From positions 61,170 through 125,169 of the forward strand of contig JAZTYK010000002.1 in assembly GCA_045636925.1 (NCBI GenBank): a stretch of DNA of 64,000 bases, in the 5' to 3' direction. Source of the stretch: Oscillospiraceae bacterium (GTDB taxonomy: Bacteria; Bacillota; Clostridia; Oscillospirales; Butyricicoccaceae). The notes beneath the pieces were generated by a model. The model saw only the letters and a program-made list of their open reading frames with translations, was not told the DNA's origin and did not search any database. Numbering within the stretch: the stretch's first letter is position 1; every line of letters starts with the position of its first letter. Shown here one piece after another: positions 30,471 to 38,995 of the stretch. Made by a program: the position numbers and the translations under genes.

Positions 30471-31421
30471 ATGAAGATCACCTTGCTGGAGCCCATTGGT
30501 ATCCCGGAAGCGCTGCTGGCGCAGCTGAGCGCACCCGTCCGGGCACAGGGCCATACCTTTGTTGCCTTTGACACCAAAACCACCGATCCCGGGGTACAGC
30601 AGGAGCGCATCGGCGACAGCGATGCCGTCATTATCGCCAACACCCCGCTACCCGCTTCGGTGATCAGCGCCGCACCCAATCTGAAGTTTCTGAACGTGGC
30701 CTTTACCGGCATTGATCATGTGGGTCTTGATGCCTGCAAGGAAAAGGGCGTTCTTGTAAGCAATGCCGCAGGCTATTCCAACTCTGCCGTGGCCGAGCTG
30801 GCTTTGGGTCTGACCATCGGCTGCCTGCGTTTCTTTCAAGAGGGTGACCGTGCCTGCCGCAACGGCGGCGTGGGCATCCGCGGCACCGAGATCGCCGGAC
30901 GCACCGTGGGCATCGTAGGCACCGGCGCCATCGGTCTGTACACCGCACGGCTCTTTGCCGCCTTTGGCGCAAAGGTCATCGCTTACTCCCGCAGCCAGCG
31001 GAAAGAAGCGCTGGATATGGGCATCACCTATGTATCGCTGGAAGAGCTGCTGCAACGCAGCGACATCGTGTCCCTGCACGTGCCCTCCAACGCCCAGACC
31101 CGGCACCTGATCGGCAAAGAACAGATCGCGCTGATGCAAAAGCACGCTGTGCTCATCAACTGCGCCCGCGGCGCGGTGGTGGACAATGCCGCTTTGGCCG
31201 AGGCACTGCAGGCAGGCGCCATCGGCGCTGCCGGCATCGATGTGTTCGATACCGAACCGCCGCTTCCCGCATCCGATCCCCTCACCACGGCGCCCCGTAC
31301 GCTGCTGACGCCCCATGTTGCCTACAACACCGAAGAAAGCATGCAGCGCCGGGCAGAGATCGTTTTCCGCAATCTGCAGGCTTGGTTGGCGGGCAATCCC
31401 GAAAATGTCTGTATATTCTAA
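30471..31421 (+). CDS. D-isomer-specific 2-hydroxyacid dehydrogenase family protein (NAD-binding)
   Basis: The start MKITLLEPIG follows AAGGAGG. GIVGTGAIG Rossmann motif. Sequence typical of the PGDH/GyaR family. Confidence 0.85.
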   Translation: MKITLLEPIGIPEALLAQLSAPVRAQGHTFVAFDTKTTDPGVQQERIGDSDAVIIANTPLPASVISAAPNLKFLNVAFTGIDHVGLDACKEKGVLVSNAAGYSNSAVAELALGLTIGCLRFFQEGDRACRNGGVGIRGTEIAGRTVGIVGTGAIGLYTARLFAAFGAKVIAYSRSQRKEALDMGITYVSLEELLQRSDIVSLHVPSNAQTRHLIGKEQIALMQKHAVLINCARGAVVDNAALAEALQAGAIGAAGIDVFDTEPPLPASDPLTTAPRTLLTPHVAYNTEESMQRRAEIVFRNLQAWLAGNPENVCIF

Positions 31422-31623
31422 GATTTTCGCATAAATCTCGGTTTTTTAGCAATTTTCTATTGCATTCCGTCAAAAACCCGCAAAAAAGTGTGCTATATTT
31501 TTGTCATAGTCCTACAATAGCTTTTTTGCGCGAGATTTGTTATAATATGTATGCTTCGGGGCATTGCGCCCCGCTGTATATAGACAATATAAAAACAAGA
31601 AGATAGAAAGAGAGGCCTCCATT

Positions 31624-33135
31624 ATGGCTGAGATCAGAGGAATCCCCACGACCGTATCCAGCATCCGTAAGAGAGTCTTTACCGAAGTTGCACGTCTGGC
31701 TTATGAAGGCGGCGATTACTCCCGCATCGAGGAACTGCCCTATCAGATCGTTCCCGGCAACCACGAGCACGTCTTTTTGGAGCGTGCCATCGTCGGTGAG
31801 CGTCTGCGTCTGGCTATGGGTCTGCCCCTGCGTCCCGTAACCGAGCACAGACCCCTGTCCACCGGTGTTGTGGAAAGTGCTATCGCTGAAAAGTACTATG
31901 ATCCCCCCCTGGTAAACATCATTCCTTACGCATGTAACGGCTGCCCCACCAAGCGCTACACTGTCAGCAACGGCTGCCAGGGCTGTACCGGCCAGTACTG
32001 CGCACAGGTCTGCCCCAAGAATGCCATCTCCTGGGTCAACGGCAAGAGCCACATCGACGAGAGCAAGTGCGTACGTTGCGGCATGTGCATGAACGCCTGC
32101 CCCTACAATGCCATCATCCTGCAGGAGCGTCCCTGTGCCAAGGCTTGCGGTATGGACGCCATCGGCACTGATGAGAACGGCCGCGCCAAGATCGACTATG
32201 AGAAGTGCGTCGGTTGCGGTATGTGTATGGTTAACTGCCCCTTCGGCGCCATCGCCGACAAGGGCCAGATCTTCCAGCTGATCCATGCCATCAAGGAAGG
32301 CACTCCCGTTATCGCCATCATCGCTCCCGCTTTCGTTGGTCAGTTCGGCCCCGCCGCTACCCCCGAGCGCATGACCGCTGCCATGAAGCAGCTGGGCTTT
32401 GCCGATCTGGTGGAAGTTGCCATCGGCGCTGACATGTGCGCCATCGAAGAAGCAAAGGACTTCCTGCGTGAAGTTCCCGAGCATCAGCCCTTCATGGCTA
32501 CCTCCTGCTGCCCCGCTTGGGCCGCTATGGCAAAGAAGATGTTCCCCGAGTTCAAGATGTACATCTCCATGGCTATGTCTCCCATGGTTCTGACCGCCCG
32601 TATGCTGAAGGCTCAGTATCCCGAAGCAAAGATCGCCTTTATCGGACCTTGCTCTGCAAAGAAGCTGGAAGCCAGCCGTCGCAGCGTCCGCAGCGATGTT
32701 GACTTTGTTCTGACCTACGAAGAGCTGCAGGGCATGATCGAGGCCAAGGGCATCGATTGGAACGCCATCACCAAGGAAGAAGAAGTTCCCCTGAACCACG
32801 CCAGCGGCCAGGCAAGACTGTTCGCCGTGGGCGGCGGTGTTGCACAGAGCGTCATCGACGTCATCAAAAAGTGGGATCCCGAGCGCGAGGTCAAGGTTGC
32901 CAACGCAATGGGTCTGCACGAGTGCCGCAAGCTGCTGATGATGGCCAAGGGCGGCAAGTACAACGGCTACCTGCTGGAAGGCATGTGCTGCCCCGGCGGC
33001 TGTGTCTCCGGTGCCGGTACCATCCAGCCCATCAAGAAGAGCACCATGGCTGTTCAGCAGTATCGTAATGCTGCCGAAATCAAGAATCCTCTGGATTCCG
33101 AGTTCGACATCATGAACCTGCCTCTGTTCAAATAA
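31624..33135 (+). CDS. [FeFe]-hydrogenase catalytic-type protein with N-terminal ferredoxin-like 4Fe-4S domains
   Basis: Several CxxCxxCxxxCP clusters, plus H-cluster motifs TSCCPAW, GPCSAKKLE and EGMCCPGGCVSG. Confidence 0.8.
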   Translation: MAEIRGIPTTVSSIRKRVFTEVARLAYEGGDYSRIEELPYQIVPGNHEHVFLERAIVGERLRLAMGLPLRPVTEHRPLSTGVVESAIAEKYYDPPLVNIIPYACNGCPTKRYTVSNGCQGCTGQYCAQVCPKNAISWVNGKSHIDESKCVRCGMCMNACPYNAIILQERPCAKACGMDAIGTDENGRAKIDYEKCVGCGMCMVNCPFGAIADKGQIFQLIHAIKEGTPVIAIIAPAFVGQFGPAATPERMTAAMKQLGFADLVEVAIGADMCAIEEAKDFLREVPEHQPFMATSCCPAWAAMAKKMFPEFKMYISMAMSPMVLTARMLKAQYPEAKIAFIGPCSAKKLEASRRSVRSDVDFVLTYEELQGMIEAKGIDWNAITKEEEVPLNHASGQARLFAVGGGVAQSVIDVIKKWDPEREVKVANAMGLHECRKLLMMAKGGKYNGYLLEGMCCPGGCVSGAGTIQPIKKSTMAVQQYRNAAEIKNPLDSEFDIMNLPLFK

Positions 33136-33146
33136 GCAATTTTTCC

Positions 33147-33190
33147 GGCCTCCCCTTGCCCTGCAGGGGGAGGCTTTCCTTTATTCTTCG
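33147..33190 (+). terminator. Intrinsic terminator after the hydrogenase gene
   Basis: GCCTCCCC...GGGGAGGC stem followed by TTTCCTTTATTCTT. Confidence 0.7.
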
Positions 33191-33209
33191 TCACGAAAGG
33201 ATGAACCCT

Positions 33210-34391
33210 ATGAATTACAGAGATTTGGCCGCCGACATCAGCTCCTATATCATTCAGCAGCGCCGGTGGTTCCATCAGCATCCCGAGCTGAGCTGGGAGG
33301 AAACAGAAACCACCCGTCAGATCATCCGCCAGCTGGAGGAAATGGGCTATGCCGTGCACACCTATCCCCACCGCCCCGGCTGCTGGGCTCTGCTGCAGGG
33401 CGGCAAAGCCACCGACCGCAGCAAAACCATCGTTCTGCGCGCCGACATTGACGCACTGCCGGTGACCGAAAAGACCGGACTGGACTTTTCCAGTGTCAAT
33501 GAGGGCGTGATGCACGCCTGCGGACACGACTGTCACATCGCCATGCAGCTGGGCGCCGCCAAGCTGCTGATGGAGACCCGGGATCAACTGGAGGGCAACG
33601 TCAAGATCTTCTTTCAGGCGGCAGAGGAGACCTGCGCCGGCGCAGGATACTATATCGACAACGGCATTCTGGATGATGCCGATGCCATCTTTGGCATGCA
33701 CATCTGGAACGACCTGGAATCCGGCAAGCTGAATGCCCAGGCCGGCCCCCGCATGGCCTCCTGCGGCAATTTCAAAATCACTGTCAATGGCACCTCCTGC
33801 CACGGCAGCAACCCCTCCGGCGGTGTAGATGCCATGGTGGCTGCCGCTGCCATCATTATGAACCTGCAGACCATCGTTTCTCGCAGCAATGACCCAAGAA
33901 ATGCCCTTGCCCTCACTGTTGGCACCATTCAGGGCGGTCAGCGCTTTAACATTCTGGCCAATCAAGTGGTGATGGAAGGCACCACCCGCACCTATTCCAA
34001 AGAAATGTACGAGGCCACCGAGCCGCTGATGCGCCGCATTGTGGAAAACACCGCTGCCACCTTTGGCGCAACGGCCACGCTGGAGTTTGTTCCCGCCCTT
34101 CACGCCTTGGTCAACAGCGACGAGCTGCTGAATGCCGTAGGCGCAGAAGCTGCCCGCAAACTGTACGGTGAAGATGGCGTTAAGGAAATGCCCCCGCTGA
34201 TGGGCAGCGAGGACTTTTCCATGTTCACCCAGCACGTGCCCGGCATTTACTGTTTCCTGGGCAGCAACTGTCCCGGGCACGATGCGCCCCATCACAATGA
34301 CAGTTTCAATCCCGACGAGTCCGCCCTGCAGCGTGGCGCTGCGTTGGCCGCGCAGTTTGCCTTTGACTATCTGGCAAAGACCAATCGGTAA
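33210..34391 (+). CDS. M20D-family amidohydrolase (N-acyl-amino-acid amidohydrolase/hippuricase-like)
   Basis: MNYRDLAADISSYIIQQRRWFHQHPELSWEE and ACGHDCH motifs. The start is either 33210 or 33201. The ORF-track start at 33156 lies inside the upstream terminator. Confidence 0.85.
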   Translation: MNYRDLAADISSYIIQQRRWFHQHPELSWEETETTRQIIRQLEEMGYAVHTYPHRPGCWALLQGGKATDRSKTIVLRADIDALPVTEKTGLDFSSVNEGVMHACGHDCHIAMQLGAAKLLMETRDQLEGNVKIFFQAAEETCAGAGYYIDNGILDDADAIFGMHIWNDLESGKLNAQAGPRMASCGNFKITVNGTSCHGSNPSGGVDAMVAAAAIIMNLQTIVSRSNDPRNALALTVGTIQGGQRFNILANQVVMEGTTRTYSKEMYEATEPLMRRIVENTAATFGATATLEFVPALHALVNSDELLNAVGAEAARKLYGEDGVKEMPPLMGSEDFSMFTQHVPGIYCFLGSNCPGHDAPHHNDSFNPDESALQRGAALAAQFAFDYLAKTNR

Positions 34392-34404
34392 ACTTCCCAC
34401 AGAC

Positions 34405-34440
34405 GAAAAAAGCTCTGCCGCAAGGCAGAGCTTTTTTATA
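34405..34440. terminator. Bidirectional intrinsic terminator between the amidohydrolase gene and tdk
   Basis: AAAAAAGCTCTGCC-GCAA-GGCAGAGCTTTTTT. Confidence 0.85.
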
Positions 34441-34447
34441 TGTATCG

Positions 34448-35047
34448 TTATTTGTGCAGCGTGATGACCTTGTGACTGCGGATGCCTCGGGTGTAGCATT
34501 TGTGGCACATGGCGATGTAGCTGTCGTTGCCGCCCAGCACCACCTGGGCGCCTTGGGTGACGATGTGTCCTTCACTGTCGATGCGGGCATTGACGGTGGC
34601 CTTGGCGCCACAATCGCACATGGTTTTGATCTCCTGGATGGTGTCGGCCACCTCCATCAGCCGCATGCTGCCGGGGAACATCTTGGTCTGGAAGTCGGTG
34701 CGCAAGCCAAAGCACAGTACCGGTACAGAAAACTCGTTGACGACTTCGCGCAGCTGGTCGATCTGTGCCGGGGTCATGAACTGGCATTCGTCCACGATGA
34801 TCACATCGCACTGCCCCTGCTTTTCCTGCCGGAAGAGGGCAAGGATGTCCTGCTCCGGAGCGATGGCGTCCACGCTTGCCGTCAGTCCGATACGGCTGCG
34901 CAGCACCTGCTGGCCGTCGCGGGTGTCGGTGCTGGGCTTGATCAGCCAGACCTGCAGATCGTTTTCTTCATAATTGTACTTGGTGATCAGCGCCTGGGCG
35001 GTTTTGCTTGAACCCATCGCGCCGTATTTGAAATACAGCTTTGCCAT
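34448..35047 (-). CDS. tdk: Thymidine kinase
   Basis: GAMGSSKT P-loop, VIIVDECQF motif and a C-terminal CxxC...CxxC zinc motif. Confidence 0.95.
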   Translation of the reverse strand: MAKLYFKYGAMGSSKTAQALITKYNYEENDLQVWLIKPSTDTRDGQQVLRSRIGLTASVDAIAPEQDILALFRQEKQGQCDVIIVDECQFMTPAQIDQLREVVNEFSVPVLCFGLRTDFQTKMFPGSMRLMEVADTIQEIKTMCDCGAKATVNARIDSEGHIVTQGAQVVLGGNDSYIAMCHKCYTRGIRSHKVITLHK

Positions 35048-35062
35048 GTTGCTCGCTCCTTG

Positions 35063-35752
35063 TTATGCAGCGTTCTTTTTCCCGAACAGACGGGGTTTCC
35101 AGTAGGGTTTCCAATACAACACCAGCTCGGCAACGAGACACACCGGCAGGGCGGCGAAAAAGTCTACGGCGGAATGCTGCTTGATAAAGCAGGTTGCGGC
35201 GCAGATCAGGATCACCAGCACCACCACACCGGCCTTGATCCACTTGGAAACGCCCTGTTCCTTCAGCCATACCGAGGCGATGCCGACAGAGTAGGCCACG
35301 TGGCAGGAGGGGCACACATTGGTATTGGTATCAAAGGTGTACAGCAGGTTCACCAGATCGGTCAGCAGATTGTCCCGGGGGAAGACCTCGGGGCGCAGAT
35401 CCTGGCGGTTGGGGAATACGATGTACACCACCATGGCCAGCGCCTGAACGATGATGATAAAGATCTGCAGTTTTTTGAAGCTATCGATGTTATACAGGGC
35501 AAAGTAGCCCAGGGATACCACGATCAGCAGATACCACATCACATAGGGAATTACGAAGATCTCCATAAAGGGGATCACATCGTCCAGCCAGCAGTGAACG
35601 ACGGTGCAGTTTTCTGCCGGAATCAGGTTTTCGGTGATGGCATACATCAGAAAATATACCACCCAGCCCAACAGCAGCAGCAGGTGCGCGTATTCCGGTG
35701 TATGGATATTGTTCAGCCGCAGCTTGCGGTAATCAACCACGGGTGTTCTCAT
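35063..35752 (-). CDS. PAP2-superfamily-like integral membrane protein
   Basis: The start MRTPVVDYRKL at 35752 overlaps the upstream gene's stop. 6 TM helices. PSCH...HSAVD motifs resemble PAP2 C2/C3. Confidence 0.55.
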   Translation of the reverse strand: MRTPVVDYRKLRLNNIHTPEYAHLLLLLGWVVYFLMYAITENLIPAENCTVVHCWLDDVIPFMEIFVIPYVMWYLLIVVSLGYFALYNIDSFKKLQIFIIIVQALAMVVYIVFPNRQDLRPEVFPRDNLLTDLVNLLYTFDTNTNVCPSCHVAYSVGIASVWLKEQGVSKWIKAGVVVLVILICAATCFIKQHSAVDFFAALPVCLVAELVLYWKPYWKPRLFGKKNAA

Positions 35753-36506
35753 GACTGGCCTCCTGAGGAATGTTTTTGGGGTAGAGCCGCTTGGGAATGT
35801 TGCGGTAAGGGACAACCGTATGCCGGGGCAGCGCGCAGGCCAGGTCGGTGACGGCCTGCATCAGTGCTTCGGCGATGCGTTCCCGCTCGGCCTTGGGGTC
35901 GGCGGTCACATCAAAGGTGATGGGTGCGCCCAGCACCGTCTTATTCAGCTTGGGCGCGATATACATGGGCACAAACTGCAGCGCTTTGCCGGTCTTTTTG
36001 TAATACAGCTTTGCCACATCGATAAACCGGTCCTGAAACTCGTACACAATGTGGTTGTGCTTCACGTCGTGCTCGGGAAAGATGATGACGTTTTCGCCCT
36101 TCTGCATGGCATCCAGCGTGGCGCGGAAGGTGCTCATCAGCCGCATATCGTGATACACCGGGATGACGCTGGCGTGACCGAAGATAAAGACCGAAACAGG
36201 GGCGATAAGATAGGCCGCCAGCTTAAAATACCAGTGAGTCCACTTGGGTTTTTGCGACCAGAAGTCCTGAAAGGCATAGCCGGGGACTTCACGCAGGTGC
36301 AGCATCTGTCCGGCTGTCCAGATCTTGCGGGGACCGGGGAAGTATAGCTCGCTGACCAGAGGGCCGTTAAGCTGGCAATGATTGCCCACGATTATGCAGG
36401 GCTCCTGGGGCAGGTTTTCAAGGCCGCAAAACACGGGTTTCCGATAAAACAGCTTGACCAGCGCCTTCAGTCCACGGTACAGTGGGGAGTTCTTTTGTTC
36501 GGGCAT
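35733..36506 (-). CDS. Lysophospholipid (1-acyl-glycerol-3-phosphate-type) acyltransferase family protein
   Basis: VGNHCQLNGP (a variant of the NHxxxxD block) and IFPEH (a variant of the (F/I)PEG block), in a PlsC-like architecture. Confidence 0.65.
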   Translation of the reverse strand: MPEQKNSPLYRGLKALVKLFYRKPVFCGLENLPQEPCIIVGNHCQLNGPLVSELYFPGPRKIWTAGQMLHLREVPGYAFQDFWSQKPKWTHWYFKLAAYLIAPVSVFIFGHASVIPVYHDMRLMSTFRATLDAMQKGENVIIFPEHDVKHNHIVYEFQDRFIDVAKLYYKKTGKALQFVPMYIAPKLNKTVLGAPITFDVTADPKAERERIAEALMQAVTDLACALPRHTVVPYRNIPKRLYPKNIPQEASHENTRG

Positions 36507-36670
36507 GGGTATTTGTGCCTCCGATAACTGACATAGTCTTTATATTATATCACGATTTTTACAGAAAGGAATGTGTTTTTCATGAATTTTACAAAATCCG
36601 TGGCGGCAGGGGGGATAGATGGACAGCGGGTGTTGCTCCTTTTGCGGTGCCCGGTTCTTTCGGCGGCGAA

Positions 36671-36751
36671 CCTCCTTGCAAATATCCATACCTAAACAAA
36701 AAACACACCCCGGTTGGGGTGTGTTTCTTGTTTGGCGGAGAAGGAGGGATT
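36671..36751. repeat. Copy 1 of an 81-bp direct repeat holding a terminator hairpin plus the last 19 nt of tRNA-Ser
   Basis: Identical to 36883..36963. Contains AAAAAACACACCCCGGTTGGGGTGTGTTT and TGGCGGAGAAGGAGGGATT. Confidence 0.9.
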
Positions 36752-36882
36752 GGCCGCCTGCTGCGCAGGCTTTCTGCTCGGCGACCGCTCGCTGCGCTCC
36801 GGTACCCGCCTCACACCACCCGGCTAAAAAACAGTCCCCCGGACTGTTTTTTCACACCGTGTGCCCTCACGGGTTCAAATCC

Positions 36883-36963
36883 CTCCTTGCAAATATCCAT
36901 ACCTAAACAAAAAACACACCCCGGTTGGGGTGTGTTTCTTGTTTGGCGGAGAAGGAGGGATTT
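36883..36963. repeat. Copy 2 of the 81-bp direct repeat, continuing into the full 23-bp att core
   Basis: Identical to 36671..36751, offset by 212 bp. Confidence 0.9.
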
Positions 36964-36966
36964 GAA
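36944..36966. repeat. attL core, a 23-bp copy of the tRNA-Ser 3' end
   Basis: TGGCGGAGAAGGAGGGATTTGAA is identical to 59639..59661. Similarity stops on both sides. Confidence 0.85.
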
Positions 36967-37079
36967 GAATCATTCGCTTGTTTTATATTCCTCGTTTGAT
37001 ATTATTTTGTACTCTTTTGTGCAAATACAAATGCATTATGTGCTATTTTGTATGGTTTATCGCACCCCTTACTTTTTTG

Positions 37080-37103
37080 TAAAGGGTAAAAATAAGGGTC
37101 AAA
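37080..37103. repeat. Left copy of a 24-bp sub-terminal direct repeat (TAAAGGGTAAAAATAAGGGTCAAA)
   Basis: Matches 59570..59593 at 23 of 24 positions in the same orientation. Each copy is internally a doubled AAGGGT(C/A)AAA unit. Confidence 0.7.
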
Positions 37104-37115
37104 TCAGGAGGATTT

Positions 37116-38821
37116 ATGAAACAGAAAACTATCAGCGGACACTATGGTGTCATATTTTCACTGGACCACAACAACCGAACCTTTGTGCCGGGCAATGTAG
37201 ATGCATCTCGCATTCAAAACAACTTAAATATGGTGTGTGCCGGACTCCAGGCAACCGATGCCTTTCCTGAATGGAAAGATATGCACCAACTATGGAGTGA
37301 CTATCGTGCACTGACTGATGCATATTGGAGAGAATATAAGTGGGAGCAAGAGGAACTTCGTCAGCGCATTCGCCAATTAAAGCACAATGCTTGGCTCAAA
37401 CAACACTCTCGAATCTATGAAGAAAATACTTTGGTTTCACTGATAAGGCTTCTTTTGCTGCCTCTAACGATAGCGGCCTATGTTTACGAGGCGGTCCAAC
37501 TTCAACATAAATTAGAGGAACTAGAACTCAGTATCTTTGCGAATCGAATTGATGCTGATATGTTCCGTTACGAACAAAAATCCTTGCGTGAAGCTTTGCG
37601 TCAACAGGACCGAGAACGAGGCACCACACTTCTACAGCAGATGGATAGGTGGGTGTGCATTTCAGAGTCCGCGGCATATGATCAGTGGGCTACACCACCC
37701 CGTTTTGCAACGATTGATGAGATTTATGATAAAGTCTTCGAACCTAGCTTTCAAGACTTCCAGGCCAAGCAACGCGCTTGCCGCCGTTACGACGGAACGT
37801 ATCTGCAGCAGATTCGAGAACGGCGACAAGCCAACACTAAAGCCCATGGCTCCGCTGAAAAGAACAGATCCACAGCTGAAGCCGTTGAAATCATTTTTTC
37901 GATTGGTGACATGGATAACACAGGATACCTTTTCGCACCAGATGATGCTGCAAAGGCAGAGGCACTATTGCGGGATTTTTGCCGACACCTGATTGCTGAT
38001 GGAGAAGCCTGTACTGTGACTACCAAAGAACTGGAAGACCCAGATTGGAAGCCACCCTTTAGGCACGGCTTGATCATCCTGAACTTGGTCGGACATTTCG
38101 ATGAGGAGACTCCCGGCGTTCATTTAACAGTAATACCCTGCTCCAGAGGATGTAAACGAGGGCCAGAAGCGCAGGCATCTTTGGGCCGAGCGTTTACTGG
38201 TATGGGATACCCCTCCACGTGGAAAGATGTCTTGGATGAGCAGGGAAATCCAGTGCCGAAGCTGGGCAGACTGGGGAACGTCGTATATAACGAAGACGGC
38301 ACCATACGTTATAAGAAAGCACCCTCTAGTCAGGGGATCGTTGATTGGATAGAGACACAAAAATATGGCTACAGTTGGAAATGCAAGCCCGTTATGGATG
38401 GGAGCGAGAGTTTAAAGGAAGCCATCCGCGGGGACAACTTTCCACACCAGACTACAAAGTAGCTCGTGCGCAGGAGCAGTTACGCGAAACCGAAAAAGCA
38501 TTGCAACAAATCATTAGGGATTATTGTCATACAGCAGACCAACTGATTGACACCTTTGACCGGAGCTTAGATAACATTATTGCTGGATCTAGCAGTATGG
38601 AACTGATTTTGAGTTATCTGGAGGTTTGCCCAGAGAAGCGTTTCGAGGAACTGGTTGATGAAGCATTGGCAGGTATTAGTGATATCTCTGAACAAGAAAA
38701 GGCGCACACGCACCAGTCTCTTATGAGTTTGATCGCACGTACAGAAGAGTCCAGACAATCGGAGGCAAACAGCAAAGAGCGCGGTAAAGACCGGCGCATT
38801 GCTCAAGACAAGTCCCGTTAA
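37116..38821 (+). pseudogene. MobV/Pre-family relaxase, frameshifted
   Basis: Frame 1 (37116..38462) carries the HFDEETPGVHLTV motif (HxDExxPHxH-like). The family-typical continuation WLQLEMQARYGWEREFKGS...YKVARAQEQL is in another frame (38345..38821). The switch is near the A5 run at 38358..38362. Confidence 0.75.
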
Positions 38822-38934
38822 GTTTTTATTTGCGTTACATAAATAGACCAACGCGAAACCTCGCCAATGGTCTTGTGGGATGGCAGCACATAGAAACCCT
38901 TGTTGTTATTATCGTATAAATGTCCAGAAGTAAA

Positions 38935-38975
38935 AGAAGCCAATGGCAGATAAGCATTCTGCCATCGGCTTTTTC
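38935..38975. terminator. Bidirectional terminator between the relaxase and the KAP NTPase gene
   Basis: GCCAATGGCAGA-TAAGCAT-TCTGCCATCGGC followed by TTTTT, with an A-rich run upstream. Confidence 0.7.
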
Positions 38976-38995
38976 ATGTGTTAGTGATTTTCTCT

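Noticed and set aside
36866-36890. Plus-strand GGGTTCAAATCCC, a T-loop-like sequence suggesting a second tRNA
   Set aside because: The flanking bases cannot form a 5-bp T-stem (only 3 pairs). No acceptor, D or anticodon arms can be drawn upstream. It is best read as an inverted fragment of the tRNA-Ser T-arm.
36671-36966. Regularly spaced repeats considered as a possible CRISPR array
   Set aside because: There are only two copies, each 81 bp long and 212 bp apart. They are derived from a tRNA 3' end and its terminator, and no cas genes are present. The 28296..28440 repeat is in-frame coding low-complexity sequence.
36482-37270. 262-aa ORF spanning the plsC-like promoter, the duplicated att/terminator repeats and the island edge
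   Set aside because: It runs through two terminator hairpins, tRNA-derived repeats and a composition boundary. It has no RBS. It is an artefact of a stop-free stretch.
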